From the NCBI GenBank assembly GCA_965228475.1, contig OZ245817.1:352001-416000 (forward strand): a DNA stretch of 64,000 bases, written 5' to 3'. The position numbers were made by a program, and so were the translations under genes. The notes below the pieces were generated by a model that saw nothing but the letters and a program-made list of their open reading frames with translations, was not told the DNA's origin and searched no databases. Below, piece by piece: positions 57,665 through 64,000 of the stretch; position 1 is the stretch's first letter, and the number at the start of each line of letters is the position of its first letter. The DNA is from Myxococcota bacterium (GTDB lineage Bacteria > Myxococcota_A > UBA9160 > JAFDDA01).

Positions 57665-59638
57665 CTAGCTGAGCTCCCCCACCGCACGCCAGGCCTCGTC
57701 GATGGCGGCGTCCATGTAGGCGCGGGCGGCCGCGTCGGAGTTGGCGATGTGGATGCGGCCGAAGGGCCGCCGGCCGACTTCGTGAGGGGCCTCGCCTTCC
57801 GCGTAATCCGGATCGAAGAGCGGGTTGTAGTCGTACGCGTAGCCGTGGGAGTGGCGGTTGACCGTGATGCCGAGGATGTCCTCCGCCGGGTCGAGGCCGC
57901 CGGGGCCGAGCATTCCGGCGAGGTGGGTTCGGGTGCGGCGCTCGATCGTCTCGAAGGAGGTCGCGAGGAGTGCGTAGCGCCCCGCCCGGTGCTGTTCGCG
58001 CGGCGGAAGGCCCGGTGCCGTCGGTACGTGGCCCATGGCGAGCATGATGGGTTGGTCGGGGTCGTTCGCGAATCGGTAGTCGCCCATGCTCACCGGGAAA
58101 TCGACCAACACGTTCTGGTGCCAGCTGCCCGGACAGTGGGCCAGGCCGAGGCGCTGTTTCTTCAGCGCGCGCCAGTTGCGCAGCAGCACGTTCGTGTAGA
58201 CGAGGGGCACCTTGCTCTGGGTCGCCAGGGCGGCCCGCTGGGCCTCGGGGAGCGAGGGGCAGAGGTGCGGAACGATCACGCCGTAGCAGGCGAGGATCAC
58301 GTGCTTCGCGCGGACCTGTTCGGTCGTGCCGCTCCGTACGTAGGTGACGCCGACCTCCTTCGCCGAAGGCATCGGGCCTTCGTGCTCGACGCGCACCACG
58401 GTGCTGTTCAGCCGGATCCGCGTCGGCGCACCGGGTCGATCGAGCTTCGTGTAGTCGAAGTGCGCGGTCACGATGTCCTCGGCGCTGCTTCCGGTCGTCG
58501 CACCGGGGACGAGCCGACGCACCAGGAGCCGTGCGAGAGAAGCACCGCCGTCGGGGAAGTGACCCGTGTAGGGCTCGAGGAACAGGCCGATGCCGCGCCG
58601 CGCGATCCCTGCGAAGTGGCGCAGGCTCGTCAGGTTGGCCCCCGGCATCCCGAAGCCGATGCACCAGGAGGCGGGCAGGGCGTCGATACTGACCCCGAAG
58701 TAAGGTGCAGCCAGGTCCTGGAGAATCTTCAGGACCTGCTCGTTGGTCACGCCGGCGTGGCTCGTCAGGAATTCGCGATAGCTGATGCTTTCCAGAAAGG
58801 ACGGCTCGGAGAAGATGCCGTGGTCCGGGAGCCGATCCTCCGACGCCGTGCTCAGCCGTAGAAGTTCGCGGCGCGCTTCCTCCGAGATCGGCATCCGGCC
58901 GACCGACTCCTCGAGGGAGATGCCGGCCGGCGCCGTGGGGAGGAAGTAGGAGGGGTCGAGGGCGGGGTAGGGAACCGTGCGGTCGGCGCCGAAGGTCTCC
59001 TCGTCGAAGAAGATCGCAGCGGTGAGGCCGTGCCGCCGGTAGAAATCGTGGTCGTAGTACTCGTCGTCGAAGCGGCCGAGGTCGATCGAGAGTTCCGCGA
59101 GCAACCCCTTGGCGACGTCGCTGTAGTCGCCGGGCTGTTCGAAGGACTGCGTGCCGCCGTAGCCGAGGACGGTCCGTCCGCCCACCTGGAACTCGTTGCG
59201 CTTGGCGTGGCCGCCGAAGTCGTCGTGGTTGTCGAGCAAGAGGACGCGCGCATCCGGGTGCTGCTGACGGTAGAAGTAGGCCGCGGAGAGGCCGCTGATG
59301 CCGCCGCCGACGACCACGAGATCGTAGACCCCGTCGTCCGGCGCGGAGGCGACGCCCCAATCGGTCTTGCCCTCGCGCGCCAGCGCGTGGGCGACCGGGT
59401 ACGAACCTTCGTGGCTCCCGCGGAGCCCGGTGCGGATCGGCGGGTAGCCGGCCGCGTTCGGCGCGCTCTCGCGTGCGTAGCCGACCGGTCCGGGAGAGGG
59501 CGGGTCTGCGTGCGGCTCGTCGGGGCCGCAGCCGGTTCCGAGCAGGGCTGCGCCGGCGGCCGTGCCGGCGACCCCGTTCAGGAAGTCGCGCCGGGAGATC
59601 TTCCGGTCCATCCCGAGTTCGCGGTCGCGCCGGTTCAT
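57665..59638 (-). CDS. Tat-exported FAD oxidoreductase, spermidine dehydrogenase (SpdH)-like
   Basis: ISRRDFLNG Tat motif; YPP..TGLRGSHEGS; VVGGGISG; NHDDFGGHAKRNEF; ITVNR..HGYAY; IANSDA. Confidence 0.82.
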   Translation of the reverse strand: MNRRDRELGMDRKISRRDFLNGVAGTAAGAALLGTGCGPDEPHADPPSPGPVGYARESAPNAAGYPPIRTGLRGSHEGSYPVAHALAREGKTDWGVASAPDDGVYDLVVVGGGISGLSAAYFYRQQHPDARVLLLDNHDDFGGHAKRNEFQVGGRTVLGYGGTQSFEQPGDYSDVAKGLLAELSIDLGRFDDEYYDHDFYRRHGLTAAIFFDEETFGADRTVPYPALDPSYFLPTAPAGISLEESVGRMPISEEARRELLRLSTASEDRLPDHGIFSEPSFLESISYREFLTSHAGVTNEQVLKILQDLAAPYFGVSIDALPASWCIGFGMPGANLTSLRHFAGIARRGIGLFLEPYTGHFPDGGASLARLLVRRLVPGATTGSSAEDIVTAHFDYTKLDRPGAPTRIRLNSTVVRVEHEGPMPSAKEVGVTYVRSGTTEQVRAKHVILACYGVIVPHLCPSLPEAQRAALATQSKVPLVYTNVLLRNWRALKKQRLGLAHCPGSWHQNVLVDFPVSMGDYRFANDPDQPIMLAMGHVPTAPGLPPREQHRAGRYALLATSFETIERRTRTHLAGMLGPGGLDPAEDILGITVNRHSHGYAYDYNPLFDPDYAEGEAPHEVGRRPFGRIHIANSDAAARAYMDAAIDEAWRAVGELS

Positions 59639-59697
59639 GCCAGCGCCTTATACCATGCGCGAAGGTCCGTGGGAGCGGGATGCCTGCCGGCGCGCCG

Positions 59698-60063
59698 CTA
59701 CCCCATCATCGCGGTCGCTCGCGAGCGGCTTCGTGCGAGCTCGGCCGGCCGGCGAGGCGAACGAAGGCTACGCGGCATCGGCTCGCGGGTGTCGTGCTGC
59801 CGGGCCACTTCGCGAACCGCGGATTCGAGCAGGCGGGCCGCGCGGGTGACGGCGTCGAACCGATCGCCCGCCACGGCGCCGGAGGAGATCTCGCCCAGCG
59901 CAGCGCAAGAAGCCCGCATCGCGCAGTACACGACGCCGGGCGCGTCCTCGACCAGGTGGACCTCGAGCCCCCCGAGGTCGTACCAGGGGTGCCACACCGC
60001 GAACTCGATGTGGGTGCGGGCGAAGCGCGCGATCTCGGTGTCGGCGTCGAGCTGGATCTGCAT
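59698..60063 (-). CDS. Small protein, possibly divergent HPF/RaiA-like
   Basis: Strong RBS; MQIQL...HIEFA...EVHL...DRFDAVTRAARLLESAV pattern. Confidence 0.45.
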   Translation of the reverse strand: MQIQLDADTEIARFARTHIEFAVWHPWYDLGGLEVHLVEDAPGVVYCAMRASCAALGEISSGAVAGDRFDAVTRAARLLESAVREVARQHDTREPMPRSLRSPRRPAELARSRSRATAMMG

Positions 60064-60209
60064 GGGGCCGGTTCCTCCTGCCCTCCACTACGTCCCGGTT
60101 CCGACTCGGGTTTCATGAAATCGCGTGCGCCACGCTGCAGCGAGTGTTGCGCGCAACTCTTGCGAAAGCAGGCGAGCGATCGGATCTTGCCCGTGGCGCT
60201 ACGGGCGGC

Positions 60210-61103
60210 TCAGGGGCAGGTCGTGTTGCCGTTGCAGAGGTTCGAGCCGAGCTCCACGCCGCCCGTGACCGTGCTCTGGGTGGGCGCGGCCCTGATCATG
60301 TTGCGACCGTAGGCCGCACTGAGGTTGGCCCCGAAGTCGAGCTGGGCCCCACCGTTGATGGCGAGAACTGAATCGACGACGAGCGCGCGTCCGATCTCGC
60401 CCGTGAGCTCGACGCCGTCGAGCTGGTTGAACTCGGCCCGCGTCGCATCGACCAGGCAGGTGCCGGAACAGGTGATGCCGTTGCCGTCGTTGTTGGAGGC
60501 GACCGAATTCACGATCGTCGCCGTTTCCGCTGCGATTCCACCCATCTGGTTGAAACGGCTCGACGTCCCGGAAACCGAGAGGGTGCTGACCGAAGTGACG
60601 CCCGCCCCTCCATTGAAGTGCGAGGCACTGCCCTCGACGGCACTCTCGAGCGCCTGGAAGGAAAGTCCGTGGCGACGGCAGTCCGTGACCCGTAGGTTCC
60701 GGACCGTCGCCGAGCGACTGGCCGAGAGGGCGATTCCGTCGTTCTGACAGCTCGCGACCTGGCCATCATGAACATCGACCGTTCGAACGCCGGCTCCGGA
60801 CGACCGGATGCAATCGAAGGCCGCCGTGCCGCCTTGTCCGCGAACCGTGAAGCCGTTGAGGTCCAACACGACGGAGACTCCGGTGATCTCGATCCCGTGG
60901 GTGCCGGCCGGGAGGAGCAGGTTTCCCGTGAGCTGGTAGCTACCACTCGTGGAGATCGTGACCGGATAGCCGGCAGCGTCCCCGGCAAAGCAGCCGGTCG
61001 CCGCGCAGGCCTCATTGATCTCGAGCGTTCCGTCGAGTGCGTGTCCGCGGCCGGCAAGGACCAAGGTGAGAGAGAGGACGAGGAAGGCGTTGAAGGCGCG
61101 CAC
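60210..61103 (-). CDS. Secreted right-handed beta-helix repeat protein
   Basis: Signal peptide; GDAAGYPVTISTSGSYQLTGNL, LDLNGFTV, repeated NxxxGI. Confidence 0.75.
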   Translation of the reverse strand: MRAFNAFLVLSLTLVLAGRGHALDGTLEINEACAATGCFAGDAAGYPVTISTSGSYQLTGNLLLPAGTHGIEITGVSVVLDLNGFTVRGQGGTAAFDCIRSSGAGVRTVDVHDGQVASCQNDGIALSASRSATVRNLRVTDCRRHGLSFQALESAVEGSASHFNGGAGVTSVSTLSVSGTSSRFNQMGGIAAETATIVNSVASNNDGNGITCSGTCLVDATRAEFNQLDGVELTGEIGRALVVDSVLAINGGAQLDFGANLSAAYGRNMIRAAPTQSTVTGGVELGSNLCNGNTTCP

Positions 61104-61288
61104 GGTCCGGCTTTCCGGCCCGGCTGCGGCAGGTAGGGGGGCAGCGCCGATCCTGCCGGACCGCTCTGGGACCGGGCGCCACTGGCGAGACCCTCCAGGG
61201 GGCGCCATGGCTTCATAGTACGGGGCGCGGGCGTCCCTGAGCGGGTTTTGTTCCTCGCTCTGTCCGTTCCCCGGTAGAATCGGAACGC

Positions 61289-64000
61289 ATGCCGGCCTGC
61301 GTCACCTGCGAGTTCGAGAACCGCGAGACGGCAAAGTTCTGCGGAGGGTGCGGCCAGTCCCTCATGACGCCCCGCGTCTGCATCGCGTGCGGGCAGGAAA
61401 ACGCCAGCGGTCAGCGTTTTTGCGACGAGTGCGGAGCGGCTTTGGATGCGCCGCAATCGCCGGCGCCCGCCGCCGCCGCCGCGGGTGAGCCCGAGATGCT
61501 GGCGGGCGGTCGCTACGAACTCCTCCGATTCCTGGGAGAGGGGGCGAAGAAGCGGGTCCATCTGGCCCGCGACACCCGTCTGGATCGCGAGGTCGCGATC
61601 GCATTCATCAAGAGCGAAGGCCTCGATCTGGTTCGCGTCCGCCGTGAAGCCGAGTCGATGGGGCGCCTCGGCGATCATCCCCACATCGTCACCGTGCACG
61701 ACGTCGCCGAGGAAGGCGGACGGGTGTATCTCGTCTGTCAGTACATGGCGGGGGGCGACCTCGAGCGGCGGCTCGACGAAGCGGAGGGGCACCGGCTCCC
61801 GGTCGAGGAAGCGCTCTCGGTGACCGAGCAACTATGCGCCGCGCTCGAGCACGCACACGGACACGGCATCGTTCACCGTGATTTGAAACCGGAGAACATC
61901 TGGCTCTCGAAGAACGGCACCGTTCAGCTCGGCGACTTCGGCCTGGCCGTTGCACTCGATCGGACGCGCGTCACCCAGGAAGGCTCGATGGTCGGGACTG
62001 CCGCGTACATGCCGCCCGAGCAGGCCGTCGGTGGCGACGTGACGGCGAGTTCCGATCTCTATTCGCTAGGCGCGGTGCTCTACGAGATGCTCGTCGGGCG
62101 GCCGCCCTTCGTCGGCGACGACATGGTGGCGGTGATCAGCCAGCAGTTGAATACGCGGCCGGTCGCGCCTTCGTGGCACAACCCCGACGTGCGCCCCGAA
62201 CTCGAAGCCCTGGTCCTCGAGCTGCTCGAGAAGACGCCCGGCTCCCGGCCGCCCGATGCGGCGACGGTCCGGGACCGGATCCAGGCGGTCCGCGATGCTC
62301 CCGAGATTCCCCAGGCGGCTCGTCCGGCCCCGGCGCCCGGCCGAAGCGCACCCCAAGCCTTCGTCGGGCGTACCCTCGAACTCGACCGCCTGAACCGAGC
62401 GGTCGACGAGGCGCTCGGTGGGCACGGCTCCCTCGTCATGCTGGCCGGCGAGCCGGGCATCGGCAAGACGCGCCTCGCCCAGCGTGCCGGCGAGTACGGC
62501 GGCCTGCGGGGGGCGCAGATGCTGCTCGGACAGTGTCACGAAACGCAGGGTGGCGTTCCGTACCTCCCATTCATCGAAGCGATCCGGCAACACGTGCAGG
62601 TCCGCGCGGACGAAGACCTGCGCGACCAACTCGGGAGCGTCGGGCCTGCGGTGGCGCGGGTCGTCTCCGAGGTGACGACTCGCCTGGAGATCGAGCCCGC
62701 GCCGGCGGGCGACCCCGAATCCGATCGCCAGAAGATCTTCGACGGTATCGCGACCTTCCTCGTGAACGTCTCCAAGGCCGACCCGGTGATCCTGGTGCTC
62801 GACGATCTCCACTGGGCGGACCGCCCGACCCTGATGCTGCTTCAGCACCTGGCCCGGCGCCTCGCCGGGAGTCGCGTGTTGGTGATCGGAACCTATCGGG
62901 ACATGGAACTCGACCGGCGTCACCCGCTCTCGGAGGCACTCGGGAGCCTGCGCCGCGACCCGGGCTTCGAGCGCATCCTGATGCGCGGGCTGACCGCGGA
63001 GGACGTCTTCGCGCTCTTCCAGGCGCAAGCGCAGGGCGCCCGGATCGGTGACGCGGAACAGGCCGCGCAGCTCGCGGCGGCCGTCCACCGCGAGACCGAG
63101 GGCAACCCGTTCTTCATCGGGTCGGTGCTTCAGCATCTCATCGAGAGTGGCGCCGTCTTCGAGCGCGACGGGAAGTGGACCGCCGAGGTCAGCATCGACC
63201 GGATGGGAATTCCCGAGGGCGTGCGCGAGGCGGTCGGCCGCCGCCTGTCCGCACTCTCCGATCCGTGCGGCCAGGCGCTCTCCGATGCGGCGGTGCTCGG
63301 CCGCACGTTCGCCTTCGAAGCGCTTCGCCAGATGTCCGGCATGGATGACGATGCCCTGCTCGACGCGATCGACGAGGCCATCGAGAAGCATCTCGTCGAA
63401 GAGTACGAGCGCGGAGGCGCCGCCCACTATCGCTTCGTTCACGCGTTGGTTCGACAGACCCTGTACGACGAGCTCTCGCTCCCGCGTAAACAGCGAGCGC
63501 ATCTCCGCGCCGGGGAGGCGCTCGAGGCCGCCTACGCGAACAAGATCGACTCCAACGTCACCGAGATCGCGATGCACTATCGAACGGCCGGCGCTGCGGC
63601 GGATTCGGGCAAGGTGCGCGACTACGCCGTCCGCGCAGGGCGCGCAGCGTCGCGCGCCGTGGCCTGGGAGGAAGCGATCACCCATTGGCAGTCGGCTCTC
63701 GACGCCTGGGGAGAAGAAGACCCGGCCGGTCGGGCGGCGCTCCTCGAGCGGATCGCCGAGGCCTACTACACCTCCGGCCTCGACCACGCCGCAGGAATCG
63801 CGGCCTGTGAGGAAGCCCTGCGAATCCAGAGGGAACTGGGGGACGAGATCGGCGAGGCGCGGATCCACGCGCGGATCGGCCGTGCGCTGGGAGGGCTGCC
63901 CGCAGACCTCGCGAACATTCCCAGGGCCATCGAGCACTGCACCCGCGGCCTGGAGATCTTCGAACGGCGGGGCGAGCTGATCCCGATGGCGGTGACGCTG
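61289..64000 (+). CDS. Double zinc ribbon - Ser/Thr kinase - STAND/AAA ATPase - TPR protein (partial; absent from the ORF track because it has no stop in the window)
   Basis: Manual translation: [22 protein letters not shown]...CIACG...[57 protein letters not shown]. These motifs share one frame, which is still open at 64000. Confidence 0.9.
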   Translation, partial: MPACVTCEFENRETAKFCGGCGQSLMTPRVCIACGQENASGQRFCDECGAALDAPQSPAPAAAAAGEPEMLAGGRYELLRFLGEGAKKRVHLARDTRLDREVAIAFIKSEGLDLVRVRREAESMGRLGDHPHIVTVHDVAEEGGRVYLVCQYMAGGDLERRLDEAEGHRLPVEEALSVTEQLCAALEHAHGHGIVHRDLKPENIWLSKNGTVQLGDFGLAVALDRTRVTQEGSMVGTAAYMPPEQAVGGDVTASSDLYSLGAVLYEMLVGRPPFVGDDMVAVISQQLNTRPVAPSWHNPDVRPELEALVLELLEKTPGSRPPDAATVRDRIQAVRDAPEIPQAARPAPAPGRSAPQAFVGRTLELDRLNRAVDEALGGHGSLVMLAGEPGIGKTRLAQRAGEYGGLRGAQMLLGQCHETQGGVPYLPFIEAIRQHVQVRADEDLRDQLGSVGPAVARVVSEVTTRLEIEPAPAGDPESDRQKIFDGIATFLVNVSKADPVILVLDDLHWADRPTLMLLQHLARRLAGSRVLVIGTYRDMELDRRHPLSEALGSLRRDPGFERILMRGLTAEDVFALFQAQAQGARIGDAEQAAQLAAAVHRETEGNPFFIGSVLQHLIESGAVFERDGKWTAEVSIDRMGIPEGVREAVGRRLSALSDPCGQALSDAAVLGRTFAFEALRQMSGMDDDALLDAIDEAIEKHLVEEYERGGAAHYRFVHALVRQTLYDELSLPRKQRAHLRAGEALEAAYANKIDSNVTEIAMHYRTAGAAADSGKVRDYAVRAGRAASRAVAWEEAITHWQSALDAWGEEDPAGRAALLERIAEAYYTSGLDHAAGIAACEEALRIQRELGDEIGEARIHARIGRALGGLPADLANIPRAIEHCTRGLEIFERRGELIPMAVTL

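Noticed and set aside
62066..63937. 623-aa minus-strand ORF
   Set aside because: Shadow of the plus-strand kinase-ATPase gene, which carries clear catalytic motifs.
1..64000. tRNA, rRNA, integrase, transposase or prophage genes
   Set aside because: None recognised by eye; a covariance-model scan would be needed to exclude small RNAs.

Overview
High-GC bacterial chromosomal window, densely coding. Gene content (three PEP-CTERM-type proteins, sigma-54 promoters, a Ser/Thr kinase-STAND fusion, many lipid-catabolic enzymes) suggests a Myxococcota/deltaproteobacterium-like heterotroph; the taxonomy is inference only. I recognised no rRNA, tRNA, CRISPR array or mobile element. Left to right: an sbtA-sbtB-mrpABCDE(...) operon running off the left edge, an ArsR/VOC cluster, assorted enzymes and regulators, a matrixin-type protease with six 279-bp repeats, a 3149-aa lipid-anchored Rhs/YD protein next to a two-component pair, a P450/desaturase/sulfatase cluster, lemA-TPM, an SpdH-like flavoprotein, and a kinase-ATPase-TPR gene running off the right edge. 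Three observations stand out. (1) A secreted HMA/MerP-like gene (27759-28046), not recovered intact by the ORF track, has an in-frame TGA exactly where the first metal-binding Cys belongs, followed by a SECIS-like hairpin, so it is a probable selenoprotein with a UxxS motif. (2) A bicarbonate transporter and its PII-like regulator appear co-transcribed with the Mrp Na+/H+ antiporter. (3) The kinase has the WNK-like arrangement: no beta-3 lysine, and a lysine in place of the third Gly of the P-loop. All family assignments are from motif recognition by eye, not database searches.
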